Below, piece after piece: positions 35,901-49,300 of a stretch of 64,000 nucleotides of DNA (within the stretch, counting starts at the first letter, position 1; the number at the start of each line of letters is the position of its first letter). A program made the position numbers and the translations under genes. The stretch comes from Tubiluchus corallicola. Lineage: Eukaryota; Animalia; Priapulida. The notes beneath the pieces were generated by a model. The model searched no databases and had not been told where the DNA came from. It saw nothing but the letters and a program-made list of their open reading frames with translations. The stretch lies in the NCBI GenBank assembly GCA_030141605.1, contig JAQGDQ010002376.1:106422-170421 (forward strand). Direction: 5' to 3'.

Positions 35901-38900
35901 AAAAAATTTGCAGAATTTTCGTTCCAAAGGCTTCTAGTTTCCAAGTGATGCCGTGTACAGTATCCGTCGTTTACCAGACTCATGGCTAATAGACTCGGTT
36001 GCCCAACTGACTCAAAAACATCTCTTTTCTATTCAAACGTTTATATAAACTGTCGGTAACTGACTCAAACGACTGCGTAATTGACTCAATATTTTCCATT
36101 TCGCGTACTTGAAATAAGTCACGTTTTTTATCATTATGAGAGTTTCATAAACCAATTGCTTCGTGAAGAAATCAAGCAACCGACTTGATGCATGAATATG
36201 AATTTTTATCTTTTTTAGCAATAATAATCTGATTTGTGTGATTTTTTTTATTTTCTTTTTTTATTAATTCACTTATAGGAATTAGCATTTGTAAATAATA
36301 ATTGCACATAGGTTTTTTGGCATTAATTCGTTTCTAAAATTCATTTAAAGCCTGCGCAATGCATACTAAGGTGACGAGTCGTGACTCATACTTCTATTGT
36401 AGTATTAGGCTATACATGTCGGCTAATTGAATCCGTCAGTTAATTGGGCCAAAACGCTGCTATTCCAAAGTGAATCTTTTAAGCGGCACCTACTATATCT
36501 CAAAGTATTCAACATAAAAACTGTAGAGCATTCTTTTTCTGAACAAGATTTTGCAAAAGTGTTGAAATCACTTTAACTTTGTAAACTTGGCAGCTGTTTA
36601 GACGTGCAAAGATATTACAAAATTTGTACAGGAATGTAACACCCAAACACTTTTTATTGGTTAGTCTTGCCTGTTCTGCTGCAGCTAATTATAACGACGG
36701 GCCTGTGTGCTGTTGAAGTGACAGCAAGCATTCCGCATAGTATAAGTAACTATGTATATATAGTGCACATTTATTTGCTTGCTGGTTTATTCAGGCACTG
36801 AATTTCTTTAGGTGCAATGAATGTTGCAGTGGTTGAAAACTAAAGTCTGACAGTGTACTTGTTGTTAGCAAGTAAAAGGTACAGAAATTATCACACTACA
36901 TGCTTCTAACAGGTTGTTGTCTCAATATGCCCAGTGTAACTATAACTGCTAATCTGATCAAAAGTGTGAAATCATTCCAAATTTAAAAAAGGCACAGAAT
37001 GCTAGAAATTTTTTCCACATAATAATATGACACAAATAAATGTCACCATACTAATTACAGTAGAATATACTTTGTTTCTCCAGCCACTGTCAACTGTCAT
37101 CAGTGCCAAATACTGTAGGCGCCGCTTAATAGTCTCACTTTGGGACCGATGTGTTTCGACCCAGTTAGCCAACTGAACCCATTAACCGATGGGTGTAGTA
37201 TTACAGGTATAGAAGTATGAGTCATCAGCTTACTATGCGCTGCAAAGGTCTTTAATGAATTTTAGAAACGAACTAATTCCTAAATTCCTTTGTGCAGTTA
37301 AAAAGTAGAAAAAACATTTCAAAATATTAATTTACATAAGTGAATTAGCAATAAATTAAAAAGTATACTTTTCTAAATCTGTTTATTTCCAAAAATTATA
37401 AAAATTCTTTCAAAGTCGGCTGCTTTATTTTCTCATGATGAAGTCGTCCACAAGGTTCTCATAATTTTAAGAACGTTGAAAATCTGTTTTTGTGTGTGAC
37501 TAAAACAGTTCTGAGTCATCTGCTCACTAACATTGCTCTTATTTGCTGTACGATGTTTAGTCTTGTAAGTCACAAGAAATACCAGCTGATTGCTGTACCT
37601 GCATCTTTGACTATTAACTCATTAAGCCTGAAAGCGTGATTTGCAACGAGAGCATCAAAAGCAGACCGTTTAGCAAGTGATTAAATGTTTAGCTTCCAGA
37701 ACTTCTTTGGGTAACAGTGGGCGAGCCAGTAACAGATTCAAAGCAAAACCGCTACGCTAGCCTCTTAGCGCATGTTAAACATACCTGCTTACAAACAAAA
37801 CGGTACTTAACATGATTGTTTCTGCATACGTAGTACACAAAAGGGAAGTAAAGATGACATACAAGTTCTTTTGAGCACATACAAATATCTTATTTTAAGT
37901 AGGTGAAGGAAAAATATTGAGTCAATTATGCGGAGTTATTTGACTCAATTACCGATAGTTTTTATATATATTTGAATAGAAGCGGCCCGTTCCAAGCGTT
38001 TTTGACTCAATTAAGCGATTGAGTCTATTAACCGTCACTCTATTAAGTGGCATTATGTAAGAGTTTGCATTTCGCTGATAATGTCTTCTGAGTGTGCTTT
38101 AATCCCGCATTACGCAAATGAAACACTAAATCTGCTTACAGTACTGCTTACCACTAGCTGCTGTTACATTCTGTGAATACATGCCCAGGTGCAACAAAAA
38201 TCACGCCAAGGTACGTTACCTAATAACGGCCTGAGCTAGTGAGCGCAGCAGGGCAAATCAACGTTCACTGGTGAGTGACCAGTAGAAGTGTAAGGCAAAA
38301 TTTTTCGTCATCAGTTTCATAAAAACTTATTCATATGCTGAAAATGAAGAAATATTTGTTTTGTTCTTATATGATTTGCTTGTATGTTAGTCATTTTTTT
38401 CCAAAGTTTATTAAATTTGGAGAGTGGATTGATTAATAAGCCTTTTCTTTGACCCGTCACAGATGACAGGTAAATATTTGTACGCATCGAAAGAGTTAGT
38501 GAGCAATTGAACCCACAATTACATAACTCAGTTATGCTTACTTAGTAATATCTCTAGTGTGAATAAACTAACAATTAGAAATGCTGGATTGGGTTGATTA
38601 ACTAGCTATTAAGATTGAATTAAAGCCTGATAATTTGACTGATAATTTGGAAAAAAGATCATAAATAATTAAATACTTATTTATGAATGTGTTGATATGT
38701 ATTCTACACTGTGTTCTCATGTTTAATTTTTTTTCTGAATATGTGTAAAACAGGAAGGGGGATGTTTGTGAAATAATATTTTTTGGATGTAAAGTGATCA
38801 AATAATTTTTGATCATTTGTTTTCTGCATGCTTCTTGATCTTGCAGTGCTAGTTATTTACAATAAACATTTTTTATTAATTAAGTAAAGCCGTTAAGTCT

Positions 38901-40265
38901 AAATCATATGCTTTATGTGTAAAATTTGTTTCTATAATTTAAGTTTGTGGCTTTTAACATAAAATAATTTAGCTGATTTGCTAATTTGGAGTGTGTCAGC
39001 TAAACCTATCTTCTATTTTTTGTGATTATAGACAAAAAGTGTGACAGTGTTTCAGATGAAGGATTCTGTTGAAAAAGCTGCAGAAAAGCTTATGTTTCTG
39101 ATGGATTATGCGATACTATCTGGTAGGCTTGGTTCAATGCAGAACTTCTGAAATGAGAGTTGAAAATTTGTAAATCTTTTTGCAGTTTTTGAGACAATTC
39201 CAGATATTGCAGGAAGCATAATCAGTTGAAAACTTGTCCTCCCATCAACAATGGATCATCAGTTGTACTTGCTGTCTGGACATTTTTTAATTTGTTAACA
39301 GAGACTTGAATATTGGAATTTCTCATGATGAATTAACTTCCGAAAAGCCACTGCATTAAATGTGCTCGTACTGGTACAAATTCATACAAATTCAATATTC
39401 AGTGTTGTACTTTTTTATCCTTAGTCACAGTTTTTTACAATTATGCACTGTAATTTAGCTTTTAATTTATGTGTGTATATATTTAAGTGTGACTAAAGCC
39501 TGAGTGAAACAGATGATTAACAATAAACAAATTCATTCTAATTCTTTTTCATATGTATTACATGTTTAAAAGTGTATTCCGCTAATGTAAGTTTCGTTTA
39601 AACTTTTAGTGGAAGACATTAATTTGAATACTAACGTCATGCTATGGCCGGAACGTATAAAAGCTATATTTGACATCAGCAAAGGCCGGCTTGCACTCCG
39701 TCGTGATCAGGCTGAACAAAACCTTCGCAACAGAGTGGCTGCCTTCGAACAAAAGCTTAATGACCTGGATGCACAAATTGATACGTTCAGAAAAATTGAG
39801 GTTTGTTCAGAATAACGGATGTACAATATGAATTAAGAAACAAGGTTTATCTATTACTTAATGAATAATGAAAACTTACAGAAGCCACAGAACTTAATGG
39901 GTGATTCAAATTTTACGAAAGTTACTAAAGACCTTGTATGATTAAGGGCAGGTTTCCACAATTTGAGGGTTGAATTAAGAAGGAAGAGAGGCATCCCTAG
40001 GGTTCATGCAATCTTTGTCATGTTTTGATAGATGAAAAACATTTTATTTTTGATTGCACTAAAACTAACTGGATTCGTAATGAATGTAATTTTGATTTTA
40101 GTGTGAACGTGTGCACACTTCTAAGTGATGCTGATAAAGTTTCTGAATTTCTAACAATTGTAAATGAGCACAATGCATTTCTTTGTTGTTCGCGTAAGTG
40201 GATATGTTTACCGCTCATATTGTTGTACTGTTCATTTGCTTTGTGATCCAGTTAAGTTGTGATAC

Positions 40266-40303
<38 letters not shown>

Positions 40304-43300
40304 GTATGTATATACATAACTACATATATATATATATATATATACACATATATACATACATATATATCTGTGTATATACGTATAAATATTTACATCACAA
40401 AGCAAATGACCAGTACAACAATATATATAAAATATGAGAATAAACTACTACTACTACTACTATTTTACATGAAGAATATGTATCATAATGCCATTTTAGG
40501 TTAGTTTACCTTTTTATAGTTTGAGTGGCGGTCTCAGAAAAATTCATTATTGACTACAATGCATACAAAAGATATATATTATACGCAAATGTTACAAATA
40601 TGTGTTTAGAAATTAAACCTTGCTTGTATTTAATATGTCCGTTGATCCTATTTATCTTCAAAGAGAATGATATTTTAATATTTTTCTCCCTTTTGTGATT
40701 CATCTTAAGATTTGCATTATCTTGCATCATTGCTAGATGGTGGGACTTGATGAGATGAAAGCTAACGTTGAAAAAATTGATGAAATCACTGAGGAGATAG
40801 AGTCAGCTAAGAAAGAGCTTAACTGGATAAACAATGAGGAGACCTTACTGGACTGGGAGATCACCAAATATCCTCTTCTCAATACAATCATCACATTAAA
40901 GGAACCATATGAACAACTCTGGAAGACGGCTTTACAGTTTCACATTAAGAGTGACACGTGGTTAAATGGTGAGCAGCGTAATCTTGGTGAAAGAAAATCG
41001 TTAAGACAATAAATAGAGAAGTAAATCTTTTGAAACACATTTGCGGACCACTTTACATAATGGCTAATAGTTAGCATTGAGCAGTTGACAGCAAGAAAAT
41101 GTTAATTGGTTTAATTCTGAAAAAGCAGTGTAATTTGAATTTTCTAGTTAATTATTATTTTTTGCCGATCATTTGTTCTATGTCATACTAAATGCATTTT
41201 TTTTTACTTCTTGCTCCATTTTATCATACATTCACTACTTTCCCCCATGCACATCAGTGCATATATTTATCATTATCCCATGTTATTATTTCATTAACTA
41301 ATCCTTTGTTTTTTTACTTCCACATACAGGTTGACCTGTCTAGATATGCATTTAGCTGAAACTTTACGCATCAAAATCACGTGTATATACTAGCTACTAA
41401 AGGCTCTACTTGTATTATCTGGACTGTATTTGTAAATTTGCAGTTTTTATTACTTCACATGCAATTTTGAAGCAATTATTAATTAGCAAAGGATATTATC
41501 CACTATAGCATTTTGCAATTTTGAAGCAATTTCCAACAAAGCTTTGAAAGTTCACTCAAAAGCTCAAAAGTATTGGATAATCAATAATGATGTACAGGTA
41601 GTGCAAACTTTGTCTGAAAAGCAGTTATTTGCAGGTTGTCTAAACGATTTAAATGCTGAAGATATTGAAGAGGAGGTATCTGATATGGTGCGCACATCGT
41701 ACAAGCTGATTAAGTCGTTTCCGGACTACCCAGCACCTCGTCGATTTGCGGAGAATCTCAAAAATAAAGTGGACAAGTTCAAGCTGAATTTACCTCTGAT
41801 CTCCATTGTTTGCAATCCTGGTAATTTATTCTTCTCGTGTTTCTTACCGTTTTCAAAAATGGCTTTGCAATTTTGCAACACAAAGATCTAGAAAGTCAGT
41901 CATGTCACACTTAAAATTAGTTCTAGAATGAGCTACTTAATTGGTGTGCACTTTTTTCCTGAAATGCATCACATGGCACAGAAGTTTAGACTGCAGTAAT
42001 GTTAAATGCAAGTGCTCTACTTTCACAGCTAGATTGGTTTTTGGCTGTGAAAGTTACAAATTTATAGTTTTAGCAATTTTTAAGTTAATACCAAAAAACT
42101 TTTGCATATTAAAAATCTCAATGCCCGAAGAATGCCAGCTAATCACCAATAAATGAGAACAGCCTTACTAATGTAAAAAGCACACTTAACACATGGCAAT
42201 AAAAGAAAAAATTATACAGTTTGCATCATGGTCTTCACCACAGAAAATAAACCACTGATACAGATTTGTTATCAAGAAAAAATGGAACATGGTCCTATGA
42301 ACTACTGCATCTTAAATTCTCAGAGAAAGAATGTGATGGCTGTACAATGCTCTTTGATACTGAGGTACAGAAGGCAAAAATTGTTGACTGCTGAAATCAA
42401 ATACCCCTCAAAGAAGCGAGAAACTGTGACAGCTATTAGAATAAGTGCCTTCATCTTTGCTCACAGTGAAAATGGTGGACACCTAGCACAGTTGCTGTAA
42501 CAATAGTCAAGTGCAAATTTTTTTCCGGCATTTATTTTTGTCTAGTTGTTTTAAGACTTCAGTATCTTTGGAAAAATCTAATGGAGTGACCTGATATTAT
42601 TAGTATGACTATGACTATGACTATGAGATTATACGTAATATCTGTGTAACGTTATTGTGATAATTTTCAAGGGATTCTCATTATTTTCTTTTACCATGAT
42701 TAAAACTTCGGCACGTTGATGTAAGCAGTGTGGGAACTTACCCGCATATGTGTTTATTGACAAATAGGGGGCTTGATTGATTGTATACTGCTAGACTGTG
42801 ATCTCGGATTTGCTTTGCTACTTTAATTGACAGGTAAAATGACAGAAAATGTGACCTGGATAACATAAGTTTCTGGGTTTTAGTCCTGGCTGACTCACAA
42901 TTTTTAATTGCTTCCTTCTTCAGTTCATTATACTTATCTTTGTAAACCTTGTCATTTTCCTGATTTTTTGTTAATGTGTGGATGTTTTTCAGTGCTTCCT
43001 TCTTTAATTAATTAGTCATTCAGCTATTTGTGAATTATACTTTAATTTACCTAACATACAAGGTGTAAGTATATGAAATACAACATATTTTATCCAATCT
43101 TTTTCTAATCTCATGCTGTATTAATGAAAAATTTGTTCAGTAAGAATAACTCGGACTGACAAATGCTTGAATATCATGGGCAGTCAACATGCAAATTTTG
43201 TACGATAATTTCTTTCACAAAACCGAGAATCTTATTTTTAGTTTCGTTGTTTTTGCAGGACTAAAAGCCAGGCACTGGAAAGAGATAAGTCGCATTGTTG

Positions 43301-46300
43301 GCTTTCAGCTGATTATTGAAGCCGATACTTCACTAGCCGACCTAGTAGACTTTGGCCTGACAAAATATATTGATAAGTGAGTAGTTGTATTTAAAACAGG
43401 TTTTTATGAACCCCGGCTTACATTTGGACAGTTACTAAAAGCATTTTGTGCATTGTACATTTTTGCTACAGATTTTAAAACTACTTCAACTCAGTCTATA
43501 CCAGTTTTTTAAATGCATTATTATTAGCCTTTATGTGTAATATTTGTAATACTTATTTCCAGATGTTTTAGTGGTTTTTGCTGATATCTTAGAAAAGGTC
43601 TATGTAAATCACTGTTTGCAAGAATTTTATTGTCTTTACAACGAACAAATGATTTGCTAAGTTTTTGAATTTCAGGCTAGAGGAAATTGGAGTAGCCGCT
43701 ACTAAAGAATATAGCTTGGAGAAAGCTCTGAATAAGATGAAGGCTGATTGGGATGAGATATTGTTTCAGTTTGTTCCATACAGAGATACAGTATGTATAA
43801 TTCTTACTTTTGCTGACAATTTTGAAACAGTACCCTAAATTTACTTCACTTTATTTTATGTTAGCCATGCAATAGGCAGCTTGCACATTTCATAGTTTTC
43901 CTCAAGATGGACATTTAAAACTAAAGAATCACATTCTTTGCTGTACCAGATAAACAGCAGATTATGTGGAATTGATAAAACCGCCACTTTTTGAGCAACA
44001 TATCCGTTATTGTTGCATATTAAAAATTTCAATGCCCGAAGAATGCCAGCTAATCACCAATAAATGGAGAACAGCCATACTAATGTAAAAAGCACACTTA
44101 GCACATGGCAATAAAACAAAAAATTATCCAGTTTGCATCACGGTCTTGCTTTTTTTAGGCTTAATGGGCATTTTGATTTCTTTTATGCTTATAAGAAGTT
44201 TCTTTAGCTAATTTTTTTTCGCAGCTTGTAAAGTATTTCTTTCCTGATTTGAAAGTGTTTAATTTGCAAGTATTTCCTCATAGCAGGTTTTAAGATAAGA
44301 ACGTTAATGTATATTTTCACAAAGTTCATTCAAGTTCTGCCCAAAAAAGACCCTGGTGCTCCCATGTAAATTTAGCAGTTCCTGTCACAAAGCAACTACT
44401 GTACTAGGCCTTTGTTGAAAACCAGGTTTTTTACCCTCTTTTCTCCTCACCCTAACTGGCATGTAAAACAAAGGGATGATGGAGTGCACATCAGCAACAA
44501 ATTCATTTCAAATTGAAAAATATTTTTTGTGTTTTTCAAATTATTTTGAACGATAAAACCAATTCTGAAGTTTGACAGTTTATGTAGCAAAAATTGTCAT
44601 TAATAATTAAGATTATTAACTGCTTTGGTGCATTCAATGCTGTACACTTAAATGACACATGTTTGTTTTTCATTATAATTATAAATAAGTAAACTGCGAC
44701 AGATAAACATTTTACTGCGATAAATATATTTATCTATGCGAGCTGCACATGACAAGGAAATTTAGTGATACTAAAACTACAGTACAGTGTATTTGACATC
44801 TGTACGTCTGTATCAAAGTGTATAAAGGGGTCTGTATACTTCAGTAACAATGATTCAGTGTCTGACTTGCTTATAATTTTAAATAATTCTTTATCCACTT
44901 CTTTGCTTAGTTATTGTAAATAAATAGAAAAGAAATGTGATTTTATAAAGGTAAGCGATAAACAACGATATATCCCAATATCGATACGATAGCAATAACA
45001 ACAAATTTTTCATATCAGTACAATAATCGCTAATTATCAATACATATCATTACCGTTAATATCCCTAATTCAATGGTATTTGATTTCTAATTCTACTCAC
45101 ATCGGTGTTTTTCAAACCATAAACAGGACTTCCATCCTAGGCTTACTCAACCCTAAATGAGTACATGGTCTTAAGAGCGGGGAGAAAATTGGTCGAGCTC
45201 CTTCAGGGGTATAGGTTTCCTCTTCTTCATTTTTCTTGTTCTTTTTCTTCTTCTTCTAGCTTCTTATGTATGAGATGTATGTCAGCTATATTGTTAGAGT
45301 ATTTATAAATTTTTTAGGGCATATCCATCTTAACTGCTGTTGACGACATACAAGCATTGTTGGATGATCATATTTTAAAAGTTCAAACCATGCGTGGCTC
45401 ACCCTACATCAAACCTTTTGAGGATGACATTCATGTATGGGAAAAGAAGCTGGTATATGCCCAAGAAACCATCGAATCATGGCTAATTGTATGTGCATTT
45501 CAAATATCCTGCTAAATTTGTCTGAAAGTACAGTTGCTCATATGTTTCACTAATGTGTTTCTCTTCCGTATTGTTTTATCTATGGAAGAAGTAGTTATTC
45601 TAGGTACTGTGCAGTCTAATGAGGTTTCTGGTTCGAGAAACAGTGAGATAGCCTCTGACATGCTTTGTCAACAACTTATCACTTTATGTAGTGAAACAAC
45701 AGAATGGTATATGAGTCTATTATGCTAACATTCTATTTGAAATTTCTGTCAGTGGTTTGGTGTTGAAGCCTTAGAATAGAGTAATTTGACAGTTATAGCC
45801 ACCGTCTCAGAAGAGAAAGTGTGAAACCAACTAATGGGCGATCATTTTAGTGTTGTTATTGATTCTTGATGGGAGAATGACAATATCATAATAACACATA
45901 AGAGACAGCTCTCTGGATTATTTATTTTTTTAGTTGACGGCACCTACACTAAAGTGCTGTTTACCGGCCTAGCATCCGGAATACACAAAATCAATTTATA
46001 TTATTTTCAATGCACCTGTTTATCAGACGTGTGTTATGCGTTATTTTTTATGCAGCTATTTCCTTTTGACTTTTGTACGCAGCTATTCTGCAGTTGGATA
46101 ATGCATTTTGGATGCCAGGTAAACTCCACTTTAGTGAAACTACAATTTCAATTGCTAATTTTTCCAGAGCAATGTGAATGCAACATTTGACTGAGACAAA
46201 TTGCAAGAATTGTTTTGGCAGTAAATGTGATATTTTAGATGCAATCAGTGACAGAGAGTGAAGCTTTGGTACAGTTTATAGGCTACCTAATTTTAACATT

Positions 46301-49300
46301 TTTTAGTGTCAGGCAACATGGTTGTATTTGGAACCTATCTTTAGTTCTGCCGACATTTTGGCTCAAATGCCGAACGAAGGACGGTTATTTACCAAAGTGG
46401 ATCGCTATTGGAGAGATATCATGACAAAAGCGGTAACTTAATTCAATTAGCATTTTTTCTTTCATATTGAAGATTTTTGCTTGTTATTATGATATTCTGT
46501 GACTTGAATATTTAAGGAGTTTTTCAAGAGCTCGAACATTTGCATTGAAATTAATAAACTTTTCATTTAAGTTTATTTATCTTATTAACCGCTGCCGAAG
46601 CGTAAACACATTATTGGTGCAAATTTGTGTCCATGACCTTCTAATACTATTTTTGGTAAAGTAATACCAATAATGTAAGACAATACTGCGATGACCGAGA
46701 ATGGCTAGAACAAGTAGGATTATTTTACATCACAGTCGACCGACCCTTTCTTCTTCCATTTTTCGTTTCATAACTTTGTCGGTTCATTTTTATCCATAGT
46801 CATCACCAATGTAGGAGAAGCCGTACACTGATTTCTTATTCTTATTTTGTTAGGCATCCAGTTTTAGCCACCTGCATGCACATAGCATTTAATAAAGTCA
46901 TAGAGGCATGAAACTTGCCATGTAGACATCTAAAGTAGGGAATCGGGTCACAGTTTGGTTTAAAAATGCTGGGATTGTTTCTAGGCCTGTAATGATACAT
47001 CGATGCATTGTGATATCTTTTATCACAATATGCGTATCACCAAAATGCGCTCATATCGTGATAACCTAAGTTGATGATATTTGGCTAATTAGCACGTGCT
47101 TGACCATATGCTGATAAAAATGATTTGAAGTGATTTAAGCTGCAGCTATAGAGTGCACTGTAGGTACCTATCAATCAGTGCAGTGAACAGTGTTTTTGCA
47201 CAGGCACTGCTAACAGCCAAAGTGGTTGAAAATGCAAGGTGCTTATTCTGTAATACGCTAGTTTCAATACATGCATATAAACTTGTGAAATGGCAAAGCT
47301 GAACCAGAAGCTGCACGAGCAACTTTTAAAACTAAAGTATTGAAACGTTTTGCTTTTGTGGCAGCTTACTAATAATAGCCTACACCTTACACAAGTAATA
47401 AATGAAAATCAAACAGTTAATTCTGTTATTTTGGCATATATTATCAACAGCTTCATCTAGATTTTTTATAAAGTTTGCAAACATTAACTCAGGCATATCA
47501 TGACATGTATCGCATTGAGAGCTTGATGTATCATTACAGCCCTAATTATGGGTCCAAGATAGCAGGTAAAATGTGAAAATACGTATAATCTATTAGTCAA
47601 TTGATATTTAGTCATAAGCAATTTGCCTTGCACACTGATTAGTCACTCGTGACTAAACCCCACTGAACCAAGCATAATTGAGTAATAAACGCTATCATGC
47701 TTTCAAATTTAGAAATTCATTCAGTTTTGTTTTACGTTAGGTTGACAACACAAATGTGATCAGTTGCACAGGTCAGAAGCACATGAAAGAAAATCTTGAC
47801 AAGTGTAATGAGTTACTTGATCAGATACAGAAAGGATTGAATAGCTATTTGGAGATAAAGCGCTTGTACTTTCCTAGGTAAGTGAAATTAATTCATTCTG
47901 AAATGACAACTCTTGTAGACTCTTAGACTCTTGTACATGCTGCAAGTAGTCTCGTGCTGTTTTTCACATTTTATGTTATTTCATTGTCGCAAATTGACTG
48001 CATGCGCTAATGTAATTAAGAATATACATTCGAAGATAAAATTTTCTGTTTTTATCTCATCTACATGCGTGTGAATTTTTTTCACAAGAACCAAATTGTA
48101 GAAAGAGTTATGTCAATGTGCAATAGCCGAAGTGATTAAAAGATTACATATACAATTAATACAAAATGTCAGACTTTAAAACTCCTTACATTGATTCCCT
48201 TTTATGCAAAATGAGCTCATGATTGGTTAATTTGTTACAACTTGAAGTTCAGATTAAAGTAACACATCTCGAAAATTATTGAAATTTTCATGAATGATTG
48301 ATTGACAGCAGAAGTAGTGGTAACTAGAAATGTCACAACTTTGAATGCTGTTTAAAAACACAATATTCACTTTAATACTAAGAAAACTAAATTTATATTT
48401 TTTTGCCCATGCATATTTCAGAATATTAGTCTGGGTGTGCTTTTTCTATATGGCAATGCAGTTTACTTGAGTACACATGAAAAGTACCTGTGATATGTCT
48501 TGTGCACTGACAAGAATGACAACACTGACATTCAAAACCAGACAATATTATTTTATATTCATTTAGATTTGCTCATTATGGAATTCCGTGTTGCTCGTAT
48601 AATTTGAAAGTTACTTAAATGTTATTGTAAAAATTATTATGGCTTTTCACTTTGGAACAATTTCATAATGATGTGTTAAATACTCTAAGGGTAATAATGG
48701 CATTCGTAAACTATTTTTGCTTGGGTCTGATGGCAGTGCATCTACTTTGTGTGATAACCTTGGTCTGCAAAATTTCTTGCAATTTGAGAAGAAAATGCTA
48801 CTATAGTTTAAGACAACGAATTCTTACTTCCAAAAATAATTTTTTCACTTTATTGTAAATTCAGAAGTATATTTTAGATTGAAATTTTTTTAAATTGTGG
48901 AATACAGTCTTAAATTTATGGTAGATAACATTGTAAATTTTATATCTCATTTTGTCTCATTTAGTCTCATTTTGTATAAATTGACTTTGGTATTTTTAGT
49001 GTAGTTTTCTGTTTATGATTGTATATAAATTTTAATTGTATTTCATTATGGCTTTTGTTGAAATAAATAGTAATCAATCAAACACCCAGAAACAGGTAAC
49101 TTCTGATGCTGCAAACTCTTCTCATTTTTTGGCCATCCGGTTTCTTATCTCTTGAAATGTGAGAAGAATTGCAGTTATCACGATACACAGTACAAGACTG
49201 TGTTCCTACAAAGCCCAATTAATATATATTCTGTTTCAAATTTTTATTATGCTGTCATTTTCCCTATGTAATCCTAAACTGGATGCACACTTTAGATTCT

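Noticed and set aside
38212-38226. Intronic X-box-like gttacctaataac as an internal promoter
   Set aside because: Weak match and no supporting first exon could be defined.
40198-40504. YIYI-rich ORFs
   Set aside because: Translations of a (TA)n microsatellite.
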